Shown here piece after piece: positions 28,530 to 36,479 of a DNA stretch of 64,000 bases. The stretch comes from a virus: the IMG/VR virus record IMGVR_UViG_3300028388_004281, positions 4,204 to 68,203 of that record. The stretch is one strand, 5' to 3'. A model generated the notes under the pieces. The model did no database searches. It saw nothing but the letters and a program-made list of their open reading frames with translations, and was not told where the DNA came from. Within the stretch, counting starts at the first letter, position 1; each line of letters opens with the position of its first letter. The translations under genes were made by a program, and so were the position numbers.

Positions 28530-29501
28530 ATGAGAGAAGTTCGAGGCACGCCGGTATGCGTGGTGGGAGGGGCCGGATTTCTCGGCAGCCACCTGGTGAA
28601 TCATTTGATCGATGATCGGGACTGCAAAGTAGTGGTGCTGGACAACCTGTGCGTGGGCAAGACAAAGCACGTGCACCCGGAGGCCGTGTTCATCCACCAC
28701 GACATCACGGGCAGCGAGGAGTTCGTGCGGCAGGTTCTGCAGGAGTACGAGGTGGAGTTCGTGTTCAACTACGCCGCGTGGCCGTACATACCCGACAGCT
28801 TCGAACGGCCGCTGCAGGTGTTCTCGGTCAATGCCACGGGGGCGATCAAGGTCATCAACGCCGCGCAGGACGCCGGATGCGCGGGGATTCTGCAGGTGTC
28901 GTCGGCCGAGATCTACGGCAGCTGCCGCGAGGGCAAGCTCACCGAGAGGTCGGAGGTGGCACCGCACAGTACCTACGGAGCGGCCAAGGCCGCGGTGGAC
29001 TACTACTGCCAGAGTGCATGGCGGGAGCGCGTGACGCCCGTGGTAGCTTTGCGGCAGTTCAACTGCGTGGGCGAGCGTGAGACGCATCCGTACATCATCC
29101 CAGAGATCGTCAGCCAGCTGCACGGCTACCACGACCAGACGCGGCCCAAGATCCGGCTGGGCAACAACTCGTACCGCGACTTCCTCTACGCGGGCGACGC
29201 GGTGCGTATGGCCGTGGAGCTGCTGGAGAAGGGAACGTTCGGCGAGGTCTACAACTTGGGTTCCGAGTACGGGTTGCAGATGTACGAGCTGGCCGAGACG
29301 ATCGGGCAGGTCATGGGATACCGGTCCGTGCTGATCGAGGAGGAGGCGGCACGCAAGCGGCCCTGGGAGATCTGGCACCTGCAGTCCGACAACTCCAAGC
29401 TCTACTCGACTATCCTGTCCAGGCCGAGGGTGTCGCTCACCGACGCCTTGCACCGCACGGTTCAATACTTCCGGGACAACGGCAACAGATGGGACTGGTG
29501 A
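28530..29501 (+). CDS. NAD-dependent NDP-sugar epimerase/4,6-dehydratase
   Basis: GGAGFLG, SSAEIYG, YGAAK, R.FN..G, RDF.Y. Confidence 0.9.
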   Translation: MREVRGTPVCVVGGAGFLGSHLVNHLIDDRDCKVVVLDNLCVGKTKHVHPEAVFIHHDITGSEEFVRQVLQEYEVEFVFNYAAWPYIPDSFERPLQVFSVNATGAIKVINAAQDAGCAGILQVSSAEIYGSCREGKLTERSEVAPHSTYGAAKAAVDYYCQSAWRERVTPVVALRQFNCVGERETHPYIIPEIVSQLHGYHDQTRPKIRLGNNSYRDFLYAGDAVRMAVELLEKGTFGEVYNLGSEYGLQMYELAETIGQVMGYRSVLIEEEAARKRPWEIWHLQSDNSKLYSTILSRPRVSLTDALHRTVQYFRDNGNRWDW

Positions 29502-29502
29502 C

Positions 29503-30474
29503 ATGCAACCGTTCGAGCAGCTGGAGTGTGAGTTCGCGGAGTTCGTGGGAGTAGGGCCCGAGCAGGTCGTGGCCTGCAGCAGCGGCACGACGGCGCTGCA
29601 CCTGGCGTTGGAGGCATTGGAGCTGCGCATGGGCAGCACGGTGCTGGTGCCGGAGTTCACCATGGTGGCCTGCGCACGAGCCGCGGTGATGGCGGGCCTG
29701 CGGCCGTCGTTCGTCGACTGCGGCGAGGATCTGCTGATGCGGCCGGATCTCGCGGCGCAGCGGATGGACTCCAACGTGAGCGCCGTGATGCCGGTGCACG
29801 TGTACGGCCGACGCTGCGACGTGGAGTCCATCGTCGACTGCACCGCACCGTTGGGGGCGGCCTTGGTCGAGGACTGCGCGGAGTTTCACGGGGCTCCCTT
29901 GAGCGGGCTGTCCGATGCCTACTGCTATTCGTTCTATGCCAACAAGATCATCGCTGGCGAGGAGGGCGGGGCCGTCGTGTTCGACCACAAGCCGCACGCT
30001 CGACTGGCCCGCTGCCTGCGGTGCCAAGGGTTCACCGACCGCCACGACTTCCTGCACATGCCCAGGGGCATCAACGGCAGGCTGAGCAACGCCAACGCCG
30101 AGCTGATTCTGGAGAGCCTGCGCTGCGTGGAAGAGAACTTGTCACGACGCCGGGATGTAGAGTACTGGTACGACGAGCTGGTGCCGGCCGAGTGGCGCAT
30201 GCCGTCCCGCGAGGCTCCGTGGGTGTACGACGTGCGGCTGCCGAACGACGTGGACGTGGAGGAGATCGTGGGGTTGCTGAACGAGCGCGGCATTGCGGCC
30301 CGAATGCCGTTCCGTCCCATGAGCGAGCAGCGGGAGTTCTACTCGCCTCGGTTCCCGGAGCTGGAGGCGTTCCGACAGTCGCTGTGCATGATGTACTTGC
30401 CCTTGCAACCGGAGATGCGGCATGCGGACGTGGAACGTATTGCGTACTGCCTCGAAAGACTAGTTACAAGCTAG
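29503..30474 (+). CDS. DegT/DnrJ/EryC1/StrS sugar aminotransferase (perosamine synthase-like)
   Basis: SSGTTALHLAL, PVHVYG, EDCAE, SFYANK (PLP Lys). Confidence 0.92.
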   Translation: MQPFEQLECEFAEFVGVGPEQVVACSSGTTALHLALEALELRMGSTVLVPEFTMVACARAAVMAGLRPSFVDCGEDLLMRPDLAAQRMDSNVSAVMPVHVYGRRCDVESIVDCTAPLGAALVEDCAEFHGAPLSGLSDAYCYSFYANKIIAGEEGGAVVFDHKPHARLARCLRCQGFTDRHDFLHMPRGINGRLSNANAELILESLRCVEENLSRRRDVEYWYDELVPAEWRMPSREAPWVYDVRLPNDVDVEEIVGLLNERGIAARMPFRPMSEQREFYSPRFPELEAFRQSLCMMYLPLQPEMRHADVERIAYCLERLVTS

Positions 30475-30734
30475 GGATTAGGTGCCCCTAACCCCCCATA
30501 TTAGGTATGCAGTCCGCTCCCTGTATGCCTTGCGGGGGTAGGGGCACCGTTGCTGGCAGCTAATGGCCCAATCAGGCCACCTCAGACGTCGTCCAACGAG
30601 CGTTATGAGGCCGGTAGGTAAGTTATACCGCCCAGCGTATTTCGTGCGTTAGTCGATGCCTGCGGGGCCTCTACTACCTAGTACCCCATAGGTAGTAATA
30701 ATAGCTACTTAATAGCTATACATTAGGGGCATTA

Positions 30735-30770
30735 TAAAACCCCCTACGCCACGTGTTGGACGTAGGGGGT
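30735..30770 (-). terminator. Intrinsic terminator ending the leftward early operon
   Basis: ACCCCCTACG / CGTAGGGGGT stem followed by a T run on the - strand. Confidence 0.65.
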
Positions 30771-30793
30771 ATAGGTTGGAGCGTGTGAGACCC

Positions 30794-31027
30794 TCAGACA
30801 AGGTAACCGGTCTCGGCCTGTTGGGTGTGGTAGCGGCACGCTTGATGACCGCGTACTAGGTCGTACGTCTCCCACAGCCGTAAGCTACGGGTCGTGTCGG
30901 AAGGTAGACACCCGTGGTACAATCGGAGCATGCTATGCACCGACACTCCGCATATAGCGTGGTTCCACCCGATCGCATAGTGTGTCGTGTAGCAACGTAC
31001 GTTGATCATCTTTTCTTCCTTGGACAT
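30794..31027 (-). CDS. Hypothetical protein
   Basis: AAGGAG upstream; in leftward operon. Confidence 0.45.
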   Translation of the reverse strand: MSKEEKMINVRCYTTHYAIGWNHAICGVSVHSMLRLYHGCLPSDTTRSLRLWETYDLVRGHQACRYHTQQAETGYLV

Positions 31028-31251
31028 GGCCGCTGCTCCTTCAGTAGTTCCTTATGGATCCTGTACAACTGGATCGTCTCATGAACATTCAGTAGCTCCG
31101 TACTACCGACGCCTCCAAGACAGCGACGCACACAGCGATCGGAGTAGGGATGCCTCGCTTGGTATTTCATACGGCATTGCTCCGCCTCCTGCAGGGTCTT
31201 GTGGACGTGAGAGCACGTACCGTCTACCATACCCACTACCGTGTATACCAT
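31006..31251 (-). CDS. Hypothetical protein
   Basis: GGAG RBS; C.H.HKT..EA..C pattern. Confidence 0.5.
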   Translation of the reverse strand: MVYTVVGMVDGTCSHVHKTLQEAEQCRMKYQARHPYSDRCVRRCLGGVGSTELLNVHETIQLYRIHKELLKEQRPCPRKKR

Positions 31252-31388
31252 CGTAGTTCTCCATATAGTCTAGGTAGTCCTCTGCAAGGGACTTGTCTGT
31301 CGTGTTGACTAGCTCCAAGCCGGTGTCGTCCTGCACAATCCACCGGCCTGCCGAGTACTTCAATTGGCACATCCGTTCGCTCCTCGTG

Positions 31389-33119
31389 CTACTTCGTAAC
31401 GTAGACCAGTTTGTTGATGGCCCGTGTGATTGCGACATACAGCAGATTGTACTCCTGCGTGCGCTGCCACTTCGTGCGGGCCATAGGGTGCGGAAATTCG
31501 CTGCCGTCGCAGTTGAGCAGGAACACGTTGCCGGCCTCCAATCCCTTGGCACGATGTACGCTAGAGAATAGAACGCCCTGCGGCGTAACCAGCTTGGGGC
31601 CCTCGTAGTATCCCTTGGCGTTGCGCTCCGTCTTGCAATCCTTGTTATAGCAGCGGTCCGTAGACTCGTTGTACGAACGGCCGCACTTGGGGCAGATCTT
31701 GCCGGTGAAGATCGTGGATACGTTATCTAGTACGTCTGCGACGGTCTTGGTCCCGTCGGCCAACGTTATTATGCAGTCACGGCGGTCGCCCAGAGCGATT
31801 AGTCGTGGCTCGCTGGGGTTCTTCTTGCGGTGTTCCTTCTCGGTCTCTCGGTCGTACCATGCCTCTGTCTTGTCGATGAGGTCCGGTACGTCCGTGGCGT
31901 CCATGCGCTTGACGAAGTTCACTAGCTCCGTACCGAACTCCCGGCCGCGTACCGTGGCCTTGCGACCCGCCTTGATGAAGCGGAGAGCCTGCGAGATCAG
32001 CGGGGCGTTAACGCGACTCAGTACCATGTCGCCGTCCTGTACCTCGTCGGCATACTTAGACTTGGGCAGCCTGGACACGGAGCCGTCAGTGTTCGACTCA
32101 TGGGCACGAAATATGCAGTCGCCTAGTCTGGATAGGACGGTGTTAGCTTCCGACACGATGGCCTTACCGCAGCGGCGGGTCTCCGTGAGCCGTAACGTGT
32201 CGGCCCCTAGCATCTCACGCACTCGTGGTATGGACTCCGTGTCGGCACCGGCGAACCCGTAGATGGCTTGGTTTACGTCACCCACTACGACTACACTGCG
32301 GCCCGCACGCCGGACGAACTCCTGCTTGCAACGCGGCAGGTCCTGTCCCTCATCGACCATGACTACGTCGCTCTTGAATATAGGGAGGTCCAAGACGACT
32401 GGCAGCCAGTTCTGGTCGTTGAAGTCTATCTCGCCCAGCAGCTTGGGATCGAGGCTGAGACGTAGGATCTCAGGTACGATGCGATACACACGCTCTCGAC
32501 TGCCGTTCAGGTCAACGTCGAAGTGTGCTACTAGTCCGTCGAGTACTTCGTCCGTGACGTGGGTGGGATCGAACTGGCCGTCTTCGTAGCCCGCCAGCGT
32601 CAGCTTGCAGAGGCCTACCAGCTTCTCTACGGCTGGTAGCATGACTGGCTCGCTGCGCAGTATCTCACGTGGGTCCTTGCCGAGATAGTAGGCTACTAGG
32701 TTACGTGTATGACTGTCCGTGACCTGCAGCCTACCGAACGTCTTGTAGATAGCCGAGTTGCCTAACGAATTGACGGTGGCGAACTTTAGCTGTACGCCTG
32801 CAGACACCAATAGGTCAGCCAACCACCCCCACTTCTCTCCGAACTCTGTAACGATGGATTTGTTGAAGGCGCAGTAGGTTATGGTCTTGCAACCGTTGTA
32901 CTGTTGGAGGTGGTCCCAGACTGCCTGTTGTTCGTCGCTTGGTAATACCTCACCCATGCGTTCCACGAACTGGTCCCAGACTTTCCTGGGGGCCAACGAG
33001 GCTGCGCAACCGACGATCATGGTAAACGTCTTGCCAGTGCCCGCTAGAGCCTCGACAACTAGGTTATTGGGACGGCTGCTCTTGCTTTCGGCCAGCTTCT
33101 GTTTAATGGTCTTCTTCAC
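31389..33119 (-). CDS. UvrD/Rep-like superfamily 1 helicase with Zn-finger insertion
   Basis: ALAGTGKT, DEGQD, GD.NQAIYGF.GA, SVHRAKGLE, YVAITRA; CPKC...C...C insert. Confidence 0.92.
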   Translation of the reverse strand: MKKTIKQKLAESKSSRPNNLVVEALAGTGKTFTMIVGCAASLAPRKVWDQFVERMGEVLPSDEQQAVWDHLQQYNGCKTITYCAFNKSIVTEFGEKWGWLADLLVSAGVQLKFATVNSLGNSAIYKTFGRLQVTDSHTRNLVAYYLGKDPREILRSEPVMLPAVEKLVGLCKLTLAGYEDGQFDPTHVTDEVLDGLVAHFDVDLNGSRERVYRIVPEILRLSLDPKLLGEIDFNDQNWLPVVLDLPIFKSDVVMVDEGQDLPRCKQEFVRRAGRSVVVVGDVNQAIYGFAGADTESIPRVREMLGADTLRLTETRRCGKAIVSEANTVLSRLGDCIFRAHESNTDGSVSRLPKSKYADEVQDGDMVLSRVNAPLISQALRFIKAGRKATVRGREFGTELVNFVKRMDATDVPDLIDKTEAWYDRETEKEHRKKNPSEPRLIALGDRRDCIITLADGTKTVADVLDNVSTIFTGKICPKCGRSYNESTDRCYNKDCKTERNAKGYYEGPKLVTPQGVLFSSVHRAKGLEAGNVFLLNCDGSEFPHPMARTKWQRTQEYNLLYVAITRAINKLVYVTK

Positions 33120-33229
33120 GTGTCCGCTCCTGTAGGTAGTATGGTTTAGTAAACTACACGTACTCCCAAACTAAACTCGGGTATCGTGTATAAGCAGCGA
33201 CGAGCCACGTTCTTCTTCGGTCATAATAG

Positions 33230-33508
33230 CTAGAGTCCCGTGGCATTCCGGACAGATGGTAGAAGGTGGCCGTTCTTGCCATACTTGTATGCGTGGAACG
33301 TGTAGCCCTCTTCAGAGCAGCTCACAAAGCCAGTGACTGTCTTGCCTTGTACCGAGACTTGACCCGGTGCCGAGAACATCGTGTCAGGCACACCGATACG
33401 GCGTACGGTGCGGTATACTCCGTCGGAGCAAGGGCAATTACGAACGCCGATGAGTTGTGCCCAGGGGCCTGGTGACAATACCGATTCTGATCCGTTGGGG
33501 CATTTCAT
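33230..33508 (-). CDS. Hypothetical protein
   Basis: Coupled to HTH gene. Confidence 0.55.
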   Translation of the reverse strand: MKCPNGSESVLSPGPWAQLIGVRNCPCSDGVYRTVRRIGVPDTMFSAPGQVSVQGKTVTGFVSCSEEGYTFHAYKYGKNGHLLPSVRNATGL

Positions 33509-33711
33509 GATTGAACCTTTCGTGGGCGGCCACGTCGCTCTGCCCTCCGACGCTTGGAGGCAGAACGGGCTGTGGCAGGATGGACAGTGTACATGACGGC
33601 ACCGTTTGGTAATCGATGAGCCGTTGCCGCAAGACGCCCGCCGCGAATCATGCGGCGGACGTGTGACTCGTCGCAGCCTATGACGGCCGCGGCCTCCTTA
33701 GTTGTTAGCAT
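33505..33711 (-). CDS. Excisionase-like HTH DNA-binding protein
   Basis: MLTTKEAAAVIG...HVRRMIRGGRL.A. Confidence 0.8.
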   Translation of the reverse strand: MLTTKEAAAVIGCDESHVRRMIRGGRLAATAHRLPNGAVMYTVHPATARSASKRRRAERRGRPRKVQS

Positions 33712-33868
33712 CCTCTTCCTCCATTTCGTTTTCATCGTACAGATCGTCCGGGGACAGGTTGTAATTGTGCATGATATGCTGGGCAGCCTGTGCAAGGTAT
33801 TGAGCGCCCGTCCTAGCTAGCTCGTCGAAAAGAAACACGGTGGTTTGGATTGCTTCGTCTCTTGTCAT
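33698..33868 (-). CDS. Hypothetical protein
   Basis: AAGGAG RBS; MTRDEAIQ... Confidence 0.55.
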   Translation of the reverse strand: MTRDEAIQTTVFLFDELARTGAQYLAQAAQHIMHNYNLSPDDLYDENEMEEEDANN

Positions 33869-33940
33869 AATCGTTCTCCTTGGTAATCGTCGTGCGGTCA
33901 ATTTGTCCGTCGTCGTACCGTAGTTCAGTTGATTTATCTA

Positions 33941-34213
33941 TCAGCTCCTTGTGATCCACAGAACAATCTTACCACGGCTGGGACCTCTACCAGGATAGTT
34001 GCGGTCTGCTCTCCAGAACCTCACATCCCTATCTTCTGTGACACCCGCATACTCTCTCGCGCTATCCCAATCGTAGTCAAAGTATTCTACATTCTTGTCA
34101 TCATTCATGGCGTACAATGTTCCCAGCATGCACTCCCACAACGCCGGGCGGTGCTTCTTAGTGGGCTTCATCTTGCGACCCTCAACATCGAACTTTCTCG
34201 TCGTCTCGTTCAT
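33941..34213 (-). CDS. Small early protein
   Basis: Starts at repeat ATG. Confidence 0.7.
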   Translation of the reverse strand: MNETTRKFDVEGRKMKPTKKHRPALWECMLGTLYAMNDDKNVEYFDYDWDSAREYAGVTEDRDVRFWRADRNYPGRGPSRGKIVLWITRS

Positions 34214-34395
34214 CTGTCAGCTCCTTTCACAACTTCGTTCTTCCGAACTACGACCGCTTGGCCGCCGAGATCCCAGTCCCGGCATTCGAGGGTTTCGTTA
34301 AGCACGACTGCCACCCACAGCGTGTGACCGTTGCGTGTCCAGACGACCACGTCTCCCGGTTTGATTCTGTCAGAATTGGTTCGTCGTTTCTTCAT
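34210..34395 (-). CDS. Small early protein (SH3/KOW-like)
   Basis: IKPGDVVVW pattern; starts at repeat ATG. Confidence 0.65.
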   Translation of the reverse strand: MKKRRTNSDRIKPGDVVVWTRNGHTLWVAVVLNETLECRDWDLGGQAVVVRKNEVVKGADR

Positions 34396-34411
34396 CTGTC
34401 AGCTCCTTGTA

Positions 34412-34693
34412 TCATGCACCATAATTGCCGCGAGGGAACGCCTCGCGTAGGATTCTCTCCTGCCTCGCCTCAGACTGCGACCCGAGCCACTCCACCGCCT
34501 CCGGGTCGTCCCCATGGTCCATCGGATAGCCCGTCGCAAACCCGCAGGTTGTCACCGCTTCCCTTACATCCGATGCGTCGAGTGTGACCTGCTCGGCATC
34601 GCCGAAGCATGCCAGTATGTCGTACCCGATGCGCTGCCACGTCCTCTTCAACGCCCTGATTGCTCGCTCTTCTATTTCAATGTTCTTCTTCAT
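34412..34693 (-). CDS. Small early protein
   Basis: Starts at repeat ATG. Confidence 0.7.
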   Translation of the reverse strand: MKKNIEIEERAIRALKRTWQRIGYDILACFGDAEQVTLDASDVREAVTTCGFATGYPMDHGDDPEAVEWLGSQSEARQERILREAFPRGNYGA

Positions 34694-34721
34694 CTGTCAG
34701 CTCCTTGTCATTGAGGGACCT

Positions 34722-34776
34722 GCCTCATCAGCACCGGTAAGTCAGTTCCGGCGGACGCCCTGAGGGGCGTTTCGGC
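34722..34776 (-). ncRNA. Hammerhead ribozyme, type II
   Basis: gcc-GAAAC-GCCC ctca GGGC-GTC-cgccgg(10-nt loop)ccggtg-CTGATGA-ggc; all core nucleotides and three stems present. Confidence 0.88.
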
Positions 34777-35069
34777 TATAGCTTGCGTCCGAAGGTTACC
34801 AGCTCACCTCGGCATTCGTAAGTCAATGCTACACGGCGGAGGTTGCCGTTGTCGTATCCGTAGCAGTCCACCATGACCCACGTGTTAGGACGAAGACTAA
34901 ACAAGTGGCGATCGTGATCACGAGTGAACCAATACCATTCCTTGCCATCGATTTCGAGGACTACGAACGGAGTTTCGCCAGGCCCACCATAACAAGCACT
35001 GGTTCCGGTCCGTACCACCCAGGCGCTACCGCTGATCTTCGTTCCTTTGGTCACTTTCTTCGTTGCCAT
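34776..35069 (-). CDS. Small early protein
   Basis: Starts at repeat-variant ATG. Confidence 0.65.
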   Translation of the reverse strand: MATKKVTKGTKISGSAWVVRTGTSACYGGPGETPFVVLEIDGKEWYWFTRDHDRHLFSLRPNTWVMVDCYGYDNGNLRRVALTYECRGELVTFGRKL

Positions 35070-35099
35070 CTGTCAGTTCCTTTCCTGAAGGTTAGTAGG

Positions 35100-35282
35100 T
35101 TACACCCGATTTAATTTGCCGTTGGGTGTGACTTCGAAAATCGAGGCCACCCGTGCGTAAGCAGGCAAGCACATCAAAGCATCGTACATACAATCGGCCT
35201 GGACATCTTTTTCTTCTAACTCTCCGGTTGCGTCGTATCGTTCGTTGCCTCGTTGATAATAGATTCGGTACTTCATCTTCAT
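35100..35282 (-). CDS. Small early protein
   Basis: Starts at repeat-variant ATG. Confidence 0.6.
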   Translation of the reverse strand: MKMKYRIYYQRGNERYDATGELEEKDVQADCMYDALMCLPAYARVASIFEVTPNGKLNRV

Positions 35283-35331
35283 TTGTCAGCTCCTTACGTG
35301 TTGATGGGAATTAGAGAAATCGGTTTGTTGA

Positions 35332-35631
35332 TTAACGGTTTGTCGAGTTGAACTGCTCCAGACGATCAATGCGCTTCAGGTACTCCATGCGAACGGAGTC
35401 AGCCACTTGCCTGTTAGTCAGGTTGGCCAGCACGATCCTACGCAGAGCATCTTCGTTCAAGTCGTTGACGACTCTAGTAAGACTATCCCTCTTGCATTCG
35501 GGGCATTCATGACGATTGACAACTCCATGTCTCTTCATCTCAACCACCGTTCGCGAATTGACAGCGAGTCTGGCATCCAGGTTTCGCTCTACCGTTTTGT
35601 CGCAGCAACCGTAGTGAATCTTGACCTTCAT
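35332..35631 (-). CDS. Small early protein with Cys motifs
   Basis: AGGAG RBS; CC and CPEC. Confidence 0.6.
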   Translation of the reverse strand: MKVKIHYGCCDKTVERNLDARLAVNSRTVVEMKRHGVVNRHECPECKRDSLTRVVNDLNEDALRRIVLANLTNRQVADSVRMEYLKRIDRLEQFNSTNR

Positions 35632-35642
35632 CGTTTCGCTCC

Positions 35643-35705
35643 TGGGTTTCGTGGTGACTCGTCAGTACCGGTAAGTCAGTTCCGGCGGACGCCCCGAGGG
35701 GCGTT
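35643..35705 (-). ncRNA. Chimeric or degenerate hammerhead element
   Basis: 5' part nearly identical to 34728-34771; 3' part CTGACGA-GTcaccAC-GAAACCCA like the 35964 copy. Confidence 0.6.
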
Positions 35706-35709
35706 GACG

Positions 35710-35946
35710 TTACTCCTCTTCTACCACCTCGATCATCTCTGCGGCATACGGATCGTACTCTGAATCGACAAGGCCTGTCAGACGACACGTAACGTTGATG
35801 GGAAACAGTTCAACATCGTTGTTGCCGCAGTAAACTTGGACGAGGTAGTCGAACACCTTCCGCCAGTCCTCTCCAGGACCGATGACCCAAGTGATGGGCT
35901 CAATTCGTCCGTCGTCGTACCGTAGTTCGCAGTTCAGTTGATTCAT
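35710..35946 (-). CDS. Small acidic early protein (first gene of leftward transcript)
   Basis: Starts at repeat ATG. Confidence 0.7.
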   Translation of the reverse strand: MNQLNCELRYDDGRIEPITWVIGPGEDWRKVFDYLVQVYCGNNDVELFPINVTCRLTGLVDSEYDPYAAEMIEVVEEE

Positions 35947-35963
35947 CTGTCAGCTCCTTGTGT

Positions 35964-36013
35964 TGGGTTTCGTCGCAACTCGTCAGGCACGGCTGCGAAT
36001 GCCGTGCGACCCA
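35964..36013 (-). ncRNA. Hammerhead ribozyme, type III
   Basis: TGG-GTC-gcacggc(7-nt loop)gccgtgc-CTGACGA-GTtgcgAC-GAAAC-CCA. Confidence 0.82.
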
Positions 36014-36310
36014 GAGGGGCTGCTCGTTTGCGCGAGCACCCCGTGGCTTGGGCGACCTCCTCCCAACTCCGTCGAGTTGCGTTGCATCCGACCGATCCGG
36101 CTGCTGTTGTGTGCTACTTGCTTTCGCTTGCGCTGCGGTGGTTAGCCGCGAGCCGGACCCCGCGTCAGTCCTGCGGTGGGTCAGGAGTCGAATGCCGCTC
36201 CTGTGGAAGAGGTCTCGGTTGTGTGCCCGGTTAGATCCGGGTAGGGGAAACGGTTGTCGTTCGTTTCCGCCGTTCGAGTTGTCAAAGATCAGTAACCGTT
36301 AAGCGTCCTT
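36014..36310 (-). ncRNA. Highly structured non-coding leader of about 300 nt
   Basis: At least 6 hairpins and a longer-range stem; no credible ORF. Confidence 0.55.
36279..36291 (-). promoter_or_regulatory. boxA-like antitermination element TGATCTTTGACAA
   Basis: Close to rrn/nut boxA consensus TGCTCTTTAACAA; about 25 nt downstream of predicted start. Confidence 0.65.
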
Positions 36311-36320
36311 GCCTACGGCA

Positions 36321-36348
36321 AGTATAACGTAGTATCGGCGGAAGTAAA
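36321..36348 (-). promoter_or_regulatory. sigma70-like early promoter TTTACT-N16-TATACT
   Basis: Near-consensus hexamers with an upstream AT-rich tract. Confidence 0.6.
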
Positions 36349-36399
36349 TACCCGTAGCGGGTAATTCCTGCAAAAAACTGAAAATATTTTAGGGCATGG

Positions 36400-36434
36400 T
36401 AAAACCCCGGTGAATTCGTGGATCCACCGGGGTT
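36400..36434 (-). terminator. Intrinsic terminator downstream of ParB-like gene
   Basis: AACCCCGGTG / CACCGGGGTT stem plus T run on the - strand. Confidence 0.7.
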
Positions 36435-36479
36435 ACAGGTACCCCGAGAGGGGGGGGGGTATTTACCCGTAGCGGGCTA

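Larger units (their letters stand above)
33935..35959 (-). repeat. Start-associated repeat AAGGAGCTGACAGATG, 7 copies
   Basis: Exact at 34211-34226, 34393-34408, 34691-34706, 35944-35959; variants at 35067-35082, 35280-35295, 33935-33950. Confidence 0.9.

Noticed and set aside
33505-33711. Excisionase implying a prophage
   Set aside because: No integrase, att site or host flank seen; such HTH proteins are common regulators
33935-35959. CRISPR array
   Set aside because: Repeats are 16 nt, irregularly spaced by whole genes and contain RBS plus ATG; no cas operon
36014-36310. tRNA or tmRNA in the structured leader
   Set aside because: No convincing cloverleaf with T-arm and acceptor stem could be built by eye
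36450-36459. Poly-G tract as a phase-variation switch
   Set aside because: Intergenic between a stop codon and a terminator; may be a homopolymer artefact
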